NCBI GenBank assembly: GCA_050246755.1
Contig: JBFWVL010000001.1
Span: forward strand, 1,036,611 to 1,100,610
Length of the DNA: 64,000 bases
Source of the DNA: Bacteriovoracia bacterium
GTDB lineage: Bacteria; Bdellovibrionota; UBA1018; CAIPTA01
Reading direction: 5' to 3'
The notes beneath the pieces were generated by a model. The model did no database searches and had not been told where the DNA came from. It saw only the letters and a list, made by a program, of their open reading frames with translations. Below, piece after piece: positions 19,516 to 28,622 of the stretch (position 1 is its first letter; each line of letters starts with the position of its first letter). The position numbers and the translations under genes were made by a program.

Positions 19516-20301
19516 CTACCAATTCTTCCAGGGAGCCTTGCCTGTGGCCCAGAGTTCCTCGAGGTGTTCACGGTCACGAATCGTGTCCATGCACTGCCAG
19601 AAACCGTCATGGCGGTAAGCCATCAGCTGATGGTCCTTAGCCAAGCGCTCCATTGGAGAGCGCTCAAGAATTGTTTCATCACCCTCTAGGTATTCGAAAA
19701 CTCCGGGCTCCATCACCATGAAGCCGCCGTTAATCCATCCTTCATCGGCAGGAGCTTTTTCCCGGAATGCATCGATGCGTCCATTGTCCGCAATTTCGAG
19801 CCCGCCAAAGCGAGCCGTGGGACGAACCGCTGTCATGGTCACCAGCTTTCCGTGCTTTTTATGAAAGGCCAGAAGCTCTTTCAAGTTTACGTCGCTCAGG
19901 CCGTCACCATATGTAAATAGAAATGGCCCCTGGGGTTTAAGGCGCGGCTCTAAACGCTTCAAGCGTCCACCAGTCATAGATTCAGGACCGGTATCGATCA
20001 GCTGTACTTTCCAGTTTTCACGATTACTCGATTCGTAAGGAGTGAGCTTGCCGGAGGCAAGGTCGACTTCGAAATCGCTGTTGAGCGCGGAGTAATGTAA
20101 AAAAAAGTTTTTGATATAGTCGCCGAGATAGCCTGTGGCCAGCGTGAAGTGATCGAACCCATGCGATCCGTAGATCTTCATAATATGCCAGAGCATCGGG
20201 TGGCCCCCGATGGTAACCATGGGCTTGGGACGGAGCGATGTTTCTTCGGCTAGGCGCGTGCCTTTTCCGCCGCAAAGGATGACTACTTGCATAGGCTCCA
20301 C
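19516..20301 (-). CDS. rfbF: Glucose-1-phosphate cytidylyltransferase
   Basis: VVILCGGKGTRL...KPMVTIGGHPMLWHIMKIY matches RfbF. Confidence 0.9.
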   Translation of the reverse strand: MEPMQVVILCGGKGTRLAEETSLRPKPMVTIGGHPMLWHIMKIYGSHGFDHFTLATGYLGDYIKNFFLHYSALNSDFEVDLASGKLTPYESSNRENWKVQLIDTGPESMTGGRLKRLEPRLKPQGPFLFTYGDGLSDVNLKELLAFHKKHGKLVTMTAVRPTARFGGLEIADNGRIDAFREKAPADEGWINGGFMVMEPGVFEYLEGDETILERSPMERLAKDHQLMAYRHDGFWQCMDTIRDREHLEELWATGKAPWKNW

Positions 20302-20331
20302 CTTAAATCAGGGGGACAAACCCCACAATAG

Positions 20332-20820
20332 TTGTGTTACAAATGGGGTATGCAAGAAGCGAAAAAGACGGACATATCGGGGGTAATCATTGCCCCCAAG
20401 CGTAAACTCTTCGACGACCGCGGCGGCATCTTTCATATGCTCCGCAACGATGACCCGGAGTTCCAAAAGTTCGGGGAAATCTACTTTTCCAAAGTCCACC
20501 CCGGAGTGATTAAGGCCTGGCACCACCATAGCCGCATGACGCTAAACTACCTCGTAGTGAGCGGCTCTATCCAGTTAGGCCTCTGGGACGGGCGCAAAGA
20601 CTCCCCCACTTACGGCAAGCAGCAAACGATCTACCTCGACGAGAGCAATAGCCAGCTCGTGGTGGTTCCTTTCGGGGTATGGAACGGATTCAAGGGCCTC
20701 GGGACCACGAGCTCCGTAGTGGCCAACTGCGCCACCGAACCCCATGACCCTCTTGAGATCACGCGTAAGCCGTATAATGACCCGAGCTTTGGGTATAGCT
20801 GGGAATTAAAGCACGGTTAG
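20332..20820 (+). CDS. RmlC-like cupin: sugar-nucleotide 3,5-epimerase / 5-epimerase or 3,4-ketoisomerase (AscE/FdtA-like). The true start is probably the ATG at 20350
   Basis: Small cupin of about 155 aa in a sugar pathway context (IYFSKVHPGVIKAWHHH). Confidence 0.6.
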   Translation: MCYKWGMQEAKKTDISGVIIAPKRKLFDDRGGIFHMLRNDDPEFQKFGEIYFSKVHPGVIKAWHHHSRMTLNYLVVSGSIQLGLWDGRKDSPTYGKQQTIYLDESNSQLVVVPFGVWNGFKGLGTTSSVVANCATEPHDPLEITRKPYNDPSFGYSWELKHG

Positions 20821-20835
20821 GAGGAAATTTCCCGC

Positions 20836-22239
20836 TTACCGGGCGCCACTTCCTTCACGCCGAACGGAAATGGCCAGCGTTCTATAAAGTTCTAGTAGAA
20901 ATTGCCCTAGGCACAAAATAGGAAGGCTAAAATATAGCCCCTGGATAGGCACAATGTACCTAAAATCCCAGGGAATAATCAAATTCCCCAACGCCACGGG
21001 AACCAGGAACAAAGCAGTAGCACTACTCCACACGAGCGCGGAAGAACTCTTCTTCCAAGCAAGAAGAAAGAATCCGCACAACCCGAGCAACTGCAGCACC
21101 GTGCGAATCGGAAGACGGGCGCCCCGTGGAAGGTCGGGAGGATAACTCATATACTTACACATGCCCCAAAATTGGCGTAACCCCACCCGGGCCGTGGTCA
21201 ACGGATGCTGAATCATTACCGCCATATTTAAACGGGACAGCTCTGCACCTAATTGGGCGGCGGCGGCGGCGGGAATCACCTCGGCAATACCCCAATTAAC
21301 ATAATTGGCTCTTATTCTTTCATCGCAGAGAAATGGCCTCGCTTCCTGCGGAAATCTATTTTGCGCACAACCGAGGTTCCAAATTTCGGGGCCACGCGAA
21401 TACCAGGCCGCCAAATAACCACTAGTGGAGAAAAACTCCGAAGCACCGTTATGGTTTACGTAATTAATGCTACGAACCGAACCGCAAATAAGTAAACAAC
21501 TCAGCAAAATACCCAATCCGACAATTCGATAGGCTCGCCACGCCGAAAGAATAATTCCGGCCACAGCCAAGCCAATCCACCATTGCACCTTCAGTAAACA
21601 GAGGAAAAGCGCGGAAAATAAAAAAAGTAACCAAGCCAAAGCAAAGCACTTCTTCCTGTTGGTTTCGTTTAAAAAAAAGAGCAAAAATATAAAGCCAATT
21701 ATAATAGGCAAAAAAGCGCGCGATAAGGCCTCCGTGGTGAAGGAGGCCGATGATTCAATCGGCCTTTGAAAAAGATCAAGGGTGACCAGCGCTAAAGAAA
21801 ATAGAAGCGTAGAACGAAAAAAAATGGCTACGCCAAATGCGAACAACACCTCCGCAAATACGCTCAGCCCTACTAAAAATAGTACATAGTTATGCCGCCA
21901 ATGAGCTGGATTTGGCGAAATCGCACGGATGGCCAACATCGCCGTACCGGCGCCGATTCCCCTGAGTGGATAGGCATCCAGAAAAGCGGCATAATTAGGG
22001 GTAGGCGAAACCAAGGTCGGATCAGTTTTTCCGGACCAGAATTTCTGGGCAACATACAGATAGTCTAGATGATCATCGGCTACGATAGGCTCGCGGGTGC
22101 TCTCGAACTGAATACTTTCGTGAAAAAAAGTCTGCGAATAGTTGGACGCGCGGTAAATCACCCAGGCCAGACAAAGAAGGGCGACCATAAGTGCGGCCAT
22201 TAAATTTGCCTTCGTTTTTTTTAGGCGAAGATCAACCAT
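20836..22239 (-). CDS. Polytopic membrane protein, possible Wzy-like polymerase / O-antigen-ligase-family protein
   Basis: 467 aa with about 10-12 TM helices and a large loop; family not verifiable by eye. Confidence 0.35.
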   Translation of the reverse strand: MVDLRLKKTKANLMAALMVALLCLAWVIYRASNYSQTFFHESIQFESTREPIVADDHLDYLYVAQKFWSGKTDPTLVSPTPNYAAFLDAYPLRGIGAGTAMLAIRAISPNPAHWRHNYVLFLVGLSVFAEVLFAFGVAIFFRSTLLFSLALVTLDLFQRPIESSASFTTEALSRAFLPIIIGFIFLLFFLNETNRKKCFALAWLLFLFSALFLCLLKVQWWIGLAVAGIILSAWRAYRIVGLGILLSCLLICGSVRSINYVNHNGASEFFSTSGYLAAWYSRGPEIWNLGCAQNRFPQEARPFLCDERIRANYVNWGIAEVIPAAAAAQLGAELSRLNMAVMIQHPLTTARVGLRQFWGMCKYMSYPPDLPRGARLPIRTVLQLLGLCGFFLLAWKKSSSALVWSSATALFLVPVALGNLIIPWDFRYIVPIQGLYFSLPILCLGQFLLELYRTLAISVRREGSGAR

Positions 22240-22242
22240 TCA

Positions 22243-23574
22243 CTAAAGCGCGCGCACGCAATCCTCAAGCGCTTGCAGCATATACTGGATACGGACGCCA
22301 TCAATACCGGGATGCACCCCCACCCAAAAAGTGCGCTTCATGATTTCATCGGTATTCTTCAATTCGCCCACCACGCGGAAGTCCACATTTTGGTAGGCCG
22401 GTTGGCGCACGAGATTACCCGCGAAAAGTAAGCGCGTGCCCACTTTTCTTTCTTCCAGTGCCGCCACCAGTTTCTCGCGGTTCAAGCCGGGGGCGCAGTG
22501 CACGGGAAATCCAAACCACGAAGGGCGCGTGCCCCTCGTGGGTTCCACGGGAATCAATTTATCCCGCAGTACCGGCGAAGCCTTCACTCCATCGTAGAGC
22601 GCCTTCCAGTTTGTACGGCGCGCTTCCACGAAGCCACGGGCCTTCTTAAGTTGCGAAACACCTAGCGCCGCCTGCATGTCGGTGCCCTTCAAGTTATACC
22701 CGATATTCGAATAGGTATATTTATGGTCGTAACCGTCCGGCAACGTGCCGAGCTGCCAGCCGAAACGCTTGCCGCAGGTATTGTCTTTGCCCGGCTCGCA
22801 CCAGCAATCACGGCCCCAGTCGCGCATGCTTTCAGCCACTTTACGAAGGCGTCCATCCTTAGGAAGCACGGCGCCGCCCTCACCGGTGGTGATATGGTGA
22901 GCAGGATAGAAACTTAGCGTGGACATATCCCCGAAGGAACCCGCCGGCGCCCACCCTTGATCCGACTCGATCTCAGCACCGAGGGCATCGCAGCAGTCTT
23001 CCAAGAGATAAATGCCTTCTTTCGTGCACCACTCGGCGATTTTGTCGGCGCGGTAAGGATTACCAAGCGTGTGAGCAATAAATACCGCCTTAGTTTTTCC
23101 GGGAACGTACGCTGCCTGAATGGATTCGAGCGAAGTGTCGAGGGTATCGAAATTTACGTCCACGAATACGGGGCGCATCCCGGTTTGCACGATCGGATTC
23201 ACGGTGGTGGGAAATCCCGCCGCCACGGTGATCACTTCGTCGCCCGGCTTGAGGCGGGTCTTTTTCATATCGTCCATCATCGGTGCCGAGAGGGCCGACA
23301 TGGCCACCAAGTTCGCTGAGGATCCGCTATTCACGAAGAGCGCTTTTACTTTGCGGTTCATCCACTTCGGCAGCTCCGCCTCAAATTCCGCGCCGTAGCG
23401 GCCGGTGGTGAGCCACAAATCTAAAGAGGCATCGAGAAGCGAGACCATGTCTTCCTCGTCGATCACTTTTCCGCTCGGTGGAATATAAGATTGCCCCGGC
23501 ACAAAGGGCTTTACTTGGTGGCTCGCCTGAAAAAATTTTCGGGCCTCGGCAAAAACATTTTCCCGCGTGCTCAT
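22243..23574 (-). CDS. rfbH: CDP-6-deoxy-D-xylo-4-hexulose-3-dehydrase (E1; RfbH/DdhC), PMP-dependent DegT-family enzyme
   Basis: Colinear with Salmonella RfbH: LKPGDEVITVAAGFPTTVNP, EDCCDALGA, SFYPAHHITTGEGGAV (His in place of Lys), RDWGRDCWCEPGKDNTCGKRFGWQLGTLPDGYDHKYTYS. Confidence 0.85.
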   Translation of the reverse strand: MSTRENVFAEARKFFQASHQVKPFVPGQSYIPPSGKVIDEEDMVSLLDASLDLWLTTGRYGAEFEAELPKWMNRKVKALFVNSGSSANLVAMSALSAPMMDDMKKTRLKPGDEVITVAAGFPTTVNPIVQTGMRPVFVDVNFDTLDTSLESIQAAYVPGKTKAVFIAHTLGNPYRADKIAEWCTKEGIYLLEDCCDALGAEIESDQGWAPAGSFGDMSTLSFYPAHHITTGEGGAVLPKDGRLRKVAESMRDWGRDCWCEPGKDNTCGKRFGWQLGTLPDGYDHKYTYSNIGYNLKGTDMQAALGVSQLKKARGFVEARRTNWKALYDGVKASPVLRDKLIPVEPTRGTRPSWFGFPVHCAPGLNREKLVAALEERKVGTRLLFAGNLVRQPAYQNVDFRVVGELKNTDEIMKRTFWVGVHPGIDGVRIQYMLQALEDCVRAL

Positions 23575-25289
23575 GAATGCTCCTTAGTCACTAAAAAATC
23601 ACCAATTGCTAAAACATCGAACTCGGTACGCAAAAAACAGGCGATCGCGTGGTCCGGCGTGCAAACGATCGGCTCGTTTTCGTTAAAAGACGTATTGAGT
23701 AAAACTGGAACGCCGCTGATCTTCTCAAATTCGCTGATTAAATTCCAATAACGAAGGTTAGATTTCTTGCTTACGGTTTGAACCCGGGCACTGCCATCTA
23801 TATGCGTTACCGCCGGGATCTTTCCGACCATACCCGGTTTAACCCGGCCCATCAAAATCATATAGGGGGAATATTGGTTTTTAGGGAGGGAAAAATACTG
23901 CTCTGCGCGCTCTTCCAGCACGGAGGGGGCAAAAGGCCGAAATGCTTCGCGCCGCTTCACGAGGGCATTGAGCTTCTCCTTCATGTCGGGCCGGGTGGGA
24001 TCCACCGCAATAGAACGATTCCCGAGAGCCCTTGGCCCCGACTCCATGCGCCCCTGAAACCAACCCACAATCTTCCCGTCGGCGATATGGCGCGCGGTTT
24101 CCGCCTCAATGCGGTCCGATTTTCTATAGGAAAGATTATGACGCTTTAGCTCGGCTTCGATTTGTTCATTAGAAAACTCCGGCCCCAGATACACACCATT
24201 GAAAACCTCCTTGCGAGGTTGGTTTAGAGTTTGGTGGTAGTGAAAAAGGGCGGCGCCGTAGGAGGCGCCGGCATCGTTGGCGATCGGTTGAAAGAAAAAC
24301 TCCTTAAATGGAGTCTTCGCCACTATCTCGCTATTCATCAAACAATTAAGCGCCACTCCGCCAGTGAGGCAAAGGTTGGGGCTATTTGTGAGCTTGAATA
24401 AATGATTCGCTAAATTCACCCCCGCCTTCTCCACCAAACGCTGGAGCGCAAAAGCAATATCGTAGTGATGCTGGGTGAGCGGGGAACTTTTTTCGCGGGC
24501 CGGGCCGAACTTCTTCAGAAATTTTTCACTTAGCCAACGAGCTTGGCCGTGGGTATGAAAAGAGAAATAATCGAGATTGAGCTCATAGAGCCCATCGCTG
24601 TCAAAGCGTATAAGATCGGCAAAATCCCGCTCGTAGGTGTCTTTTCCATAGGCCGAAAGGCCCATTACCCTCCACTCATCGAAGAATGGAGCAAAACCAA
24701 GGTAATCCGTTACGGCGGCATAGAAATGACCGAGCGAATGAGGTACCGAAACTTCCCTCAGCTTCTCGATCTTATTTTCTTTTCCCCTAGCCAGCAGAGT
24801 GGAGGTGCTTTCGCCCCTGCCGTCTAGAGTCAGAATCGCTGCCTCCCTAAAGGGAGAAATAAAAAAAGCGCTGGCCGCGTGCGCGAGGTGGTGCTCCACA
24901 AAAATGACTCGCGGAGCCCGCGCGACCTTAAAAGTCTCTTGAAGGGCTCGGCCGATATTGCGCATGCTTAGGATGCGAGAAAAAAAGCTCATCTCTTTGG
25001 ATCCCGAAGGAGCGCGAAGAAGATTTAGCGAAGCGGGAAAATAGCGCAGAAAATGAAAGAAATTACCCTTCAACTCTTTGAGAGGTTGCCAGTAGAAAGC
25101 GACCGCGGATACTTCTTCCATGGTGATCCCCGCTTGATCGAGGCAAAAACGAACGGCTTGAGCAGGAAACTTCGCGGTATGTTTTTCCCGGTTAAATCGC
25201 TCTTCTTCCGCGTGGGCGCAAAGAACACCGCTCTTCAGCAATGCCGAGGAGGATTCATGGCCATAGCTGCTGATTCCAAGAATATACAT
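23571..25289 (-). CDS. NodU/CmcH-family carbamoyltransferase
   Basis: MYILGISSYGHESSSALLKSG..., 572 aa, typical family architecture. Confidence 0.85.
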   Translation of the reverse strand: MYILGISSYGHESSSALLKSGVLCAHAEEERFNREKHTAKFPAQAVRFCLDQAGITMEEVSAVAFYWQPLKELKGNFFHFLRYFPASLNLLRAPSGSKEMSFFSRILSMRNIGRALQETFKVARAPRVIFVEHHLAHAASAFFISPFREAAILTLDGRGESTSTLLARGKENKIEKLREVSVPHSLGHFYAAVTDYLGFAPFFDEWRVMGLSAYGKDTYERDFADLIRFDSDGLYELNLDYFSFHTHGQARWLSEKFLKKFGPAREKSSPLTQHHYDIAFALQRLVEKAGVNLANHLFKLTNSPNLCLTGGVALNCLMNSEIVAKTPFKEFFFQPIANDAGASYGAALFHYHQTLNQPRKEVFNGVYLGPEFSNEQIEAELKRHNLSYRKSDRIEAETARHIADGKIVGWFQGRMESGPRALGNRSIAVDPTRPDMKEKLNALVKRREAFRPFAPSVLEERAEQYFSLPKNQYSPYMILMGRVKPGMVGKIPAVTHIDGSARVQTVSKKSNLRYWNLISEFEKISGVPVLLNTSFNENEPIVCTPDHAIACFLRTEFDVLAIGDFLVTKEHS

Positions 25290-25291
25290 AG

Positions 25292-26716
25292 GTGATTAGA
25301 GAGGGCCAATTTACTGGATGGCATAGGCAATATCCAATTAAAATCTGGCCACTAAATGACTCCACATTATACATTTTAACCATGCTCGAAAATTCCCACG
25401 ATAAGCCCGCCGGACCGATCAGTGAGCTCATCGCGGAAGAAGTCACCACCCATAGCCGCTACTTTGACGCAACTATCCAAGTTTATCCCCTCGCCCATGA
25501 AGAGGGGACCATTTTGAGAAAATTGCGTTCTCCCCAAAAAATGGTCGTTCGCCACCTTCAAGAGGCGCATTCCGCCGACACCCAGGCTCGTCGCCTTTTT
25601 TTTCTCAACGGTAATCTTAACCATCACCTAGACGTGGAGGGATTACTTGGCGAACTAAAGCGGGTGATGCACCGTGGGGACCGGGTGACCGCGGTGGTTT
25701 ACAATAGCTACCTCCGTGCGCTCTACCATCTCGCAAACCTTTTTGGATGGAGAAAGGGTGACTTGCCTACCACCTATTTTACGCAAGCTTCGCTGGAAAA
25801 TATCGCTAAGCTGGCGGGATTCGAAATCACCCGCTCTCGACCCGTTGGCTTCGTGCCCTTCCGCCTGTTGGGACTCGGTAAAGCTTTAAATATCCTACTC
25901 CAGGGACTTCCGGGAATCCGTTGGTTTGGCCTTGCCCAAGTAGTAGTTCTTCGCCCACTACTTCCATCTACGAATAAGCTGAGCGTTAGCATTCTTATCC
26001 CGGCAAGGAACGAGCGCGGAAATATAGAGAGCGCCATTTCCCGCCTTCCCTCCCTCGGTGGAGCCAAGCGAGAAGTAATCTTCATAGAAGGGCACTCCAC
26101 TGATGGAACCTGGGAAGAGATCCTCCGCGTACAAAAAAAGTATGCGGAGTCTCTTAGGATAGTTGCCCTACAGCAAGAGGGCACAGGCAAAGCGGATGCC
26201 GTGCGCCTTGGGCTCGCCAAGGCCACCGGCGATTTAGTCACCATTCTCGACGCCGATCTCACCATGCCCCCCGAGCTGCTGTCGCGATTTTATGAGGCGT
26301 ATGAGCTTGGCCTCGCAGATTTCGTAAACGGCAGCCGTCTTCTCTACCCCATGGAAGGCGAAGCGATGCGGTTTCTAAATTGGCTGGGAAACATATTTTT
26401 CGCCAAAGCGCTCAGCTTCGTGCTGGAGACCCAGCTCGGAGACTCTCTCTGCGGAACCAAGCTAATGGCCCGCAGAGACTACGAGCGATTTTGCCAGTGG
26501 AGAAAAGACTTCGGCGTATTTGATCCCTTCGGGGATTTTGAGCTGCTTTTTCCCGCCGCGGTTTTGGGCCTTGGAAGCATCGATATTCCCGTGCGGTACC
26601 GAGCGCGCACCTACGGATTTACCAATATTCAGCGATTCCGCGATGGCTGGGTACTTCTCAGAATGACCCTACTAGCCTTGACGCGCATACGGTTCGGCCT
26701 AGGTTCTACACGGTAG
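25292..26716 (+). CDS. Two-domain protein: N-terminal ~230 aa domain of unknown function fused to a C-terminal GT2 glycosyltransferase
   Basis: C-terminal half VSILIPARNERGNIESAI...ILDADLTMPPE (GT2 DxD). Confidence 0.7.
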   Translation: MIREGQFTGWHRQYPIKIWPLNDSTLYILTMLENSHDKPAGPISELIAEEVTTHSRYFDATIQVYPLAHEEGTILRKLRSPQKMVVRHLQEAHSADTQARRLFFLNGNLNHHLDVEGLLGELKRVMHRGDRVTAVVYNSYLRALYHLANLFGWRKGDLPTTYFTQASLENIAKLAGFEITRSRPVGFVPFRLLGLGKALNILLQGLPGIRWFGLAQVVVLRPLLPSTNKLSVSILIPARNERGNIESAISRLPSLGGAKREVIFIEGHSTDGTWEEILRVQKKYAESLRIVALQQEGTGKADAVRLGLAKATGDLVTILDADLTMPPELLSRFYEAYELGLADFVNGSRLLYPMEGEAMRFLNWLGNIFFAKALSFVLETQLGDSLCGTKLMARRDYERFCQWRKDFGVFDPFGDFELLFPAAVLGLGSIDIPVRYRARTYGFTNIQRFRDGWVLLRMTLLALTRIRFGLGSTR

Positions 26717-26768
26717 AAGAAACTGGGTTTCTCTAAAGGCAATACGCGAATCACCCGAAAATTAGGGG

Positions 26769-27752
26769 ATGACAATATTCTCCTCTATTCCCTATTTTTT
26801 CGCTGCCTTAGCGCTTCCGCTTGCCGCAGATGCGGCCATTCAATGTAGCCGCAGCGATACACGGGAATGTGGGACGGATTCGCTTTATGCTTCAAAAATT
26901 TTTCGTGAATCCATGAAGACCCTTACCGGCAAAAGCTTTGAGCCCGAACAGATCAAAAAAGTACGCTTCCACGATGGCGGCTGGGCATCCTATAAGCTTG
27001 GGCAAAATGAAATCGACTTTGCTAAGCGCAACAAGCTTCCCGCCAGCTACTTCAAAAAAACTCAATGGTACTTGATTGAGGTTTCTGGCGAAGGGGACCT
27101 ACTAAAAACATTCCAAGTGGATCTTGATTTTGGGGCCTACTCCGAGGGCGCAACCCCCGCCGATTATAAAATAGCCACCGTAGAAAATGCCCGCGTAACC
27201 GAATTGCCACCATACAAATTGGAAGAAGAGAAACAACGGACCACGGCCAAGAAAATGCCGGAGAACGGCTTCGTATGCGAAAATGAAGATCTCGGGTTGG
27301 TGCTTAGCGGAGAGCCCCTAAAAAATTCCCTTTCCTTCGGACAGACCATCGACGCCGCCCTCGCCAAAGCCAATGACGGAAAATCGGAAACCGACTTGGG
27401 AAACTATAAAGTAATACTGAGCGATTTCGGCATTAAAAAACCACCCACCCTTCCCCCAGCGCGGGAAGAGCTGGAAGTTTCAATGCAGCTAGATCTCGAC
27501 TACAAAAAAGGCACTCCCGACCACTACGACCTTGGATTCGTAGCTCGCAGCCCTACCATTTCCTTCTGGCGCGCTCTTTCCGGATACAATAATATTCAAA
27601 AATACTGCACTAGCGCGGCCAGCAAAGGCACCGAAGACCAAAAAGAAATTTGCGAAAGCGATCCGCACGAAGCGCTGGTTATTCAAACCCGTGATAAAAA
27701 ATGGGAAAAGGTGGTTTGCCACTTTTACGAAAAGTCGGCTTATTCACGCTAG
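26769..27752 (+). CDS. Secreted hypothetical protein
   Basis: Signal peptide MTIFSSIPYFFAALALPLAADAA. Confidence 0.45.
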   Translation: MTIFSSIPYFFAALALPLAADAAIQCSRSDTRECGTDSLYASKIFRESMKTLTGKSFEPEQIKKVRFHDGGWASYKLGQNEIDFAKRNKLPASYFKKTQWYLIEVSGEGDLLKTFQVDLDFGAYSEGATPADYKIATVENARVTELPPYKLEEEKQRTTAKKMPENGFVCENEDLGLVLSGEPLKNSLSFGQTIDAALAKANDGKSETDLGNYKVILSDFGIKKPPTLPPAREELEVSMQLDLDYKKGTPDHYDLGFVARSPTISFWRALSGYNNIQKYCTSAASKGTEDQKEICESDPHEALVIQTRDKKWEKVVCHFYEKSAYSR

Positions 27753-28622
27753 TTAAATGTCGCGAAACGGTTTGGCCTGCAAAATGAGCAGACTGCCCAT
27801 GAGCGGTCGCAACTTAACCTCGACGCGGTGTAATAATTGCGCCAGCGAACCAGATACGGCGTTCACGAAGGGCGCGACCACAAAAATGGAATTGATTCCG
27901 GTGGCTTCAAATCCGCAGGTCTCGAGAAACTTCACCAAAGAGTTCGGCGTAAATTTACTGATATGCTGCTCGTGGTATTTAACGGGACTGGCCCGTTCGA
28001 GCAACCATTCGATCATCGGCCAAAAGCTGCGATAGTTGGGCGTGGTGAGCACGAAAACCCCTTCCGGCTTTAGCACCCGGCGCGCTTCCGCCAGAATTTT
28101 CGCCGCCAAAAAAGGATGGATATGCTCGATAACCTCGATGCAGGTTACGGCATCGAAGGAGGCGTCTGGATAGGGTAACTTTTCACCGTCGAGCAGCTGA
28201 AATTTAATATTCCCCGGAAATTTCGCGGCGATGTTTTTAGCCGCAAAATCTATTTGCGGAGAAGCAATATCCACTCCGGTGGCCTGAACTCCGGGCACTG
28301 TCTCCCCCAAAACAGCCAGGAAAGAACCTGGTCCGCAGCCGAAATCCAAAACCGTTTTGGCGCCGCTGCTCCTTACCAGTTTGGCCACTTCCAGGAATTT
28401 TTCCCGATGCCAAAATCTTTGTATTGCGTGGCCCTTGAGCATTACTTCGTAATAATAACCTGCGGGTATTTCACTATAATTAAATACGCTGTTCTTGGTG
28501 CGATGAATGGGAAGCACTAATGGCACCTCAGAACTTGATAGCTTTTGGGAAAAAGGCCCGGCTGAATACTTTCCGGGTTCAGACAGTCTGCTGGTAGGGC
28601 CGTACGTCCTGGCAATGGACAC
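27753..28622 (-). CDS. Class I SAM-dependent methyltransferase. The start may be the internal Met (MLKGH...), which would remove the 106-nt overlap with the upstream gene
   Basis: Motif I VLDFGCGPGSFLAVLGE. Confidence 0.75.
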   Translation of the reverse strand: MSIARTYGPTSRLSEPGKYSAGPFSQKLSSSEVPLVLPIHRTKNSVFNYSEIPAGYYYEVMLKGHAIQRFWHREKFLEVAKLVRSSGAKTVLDFGCGPGSFLAVLGETVPGVQATGVDIASPQIDFAAKNIAAKFPGNIKFQLLDGEKLPYPDASFDAVTCIEVIEHIHPFLAAKILAEARRVLKPEGVFVLTTPNYRSFWPMIEWLLERASPVKYHEQHISKFTPNSLVKFLETCGFEATGINSIFVVAPFVNAVSGSLAQLLHRVEVKLRPLMGSLLILQAKPFRDI

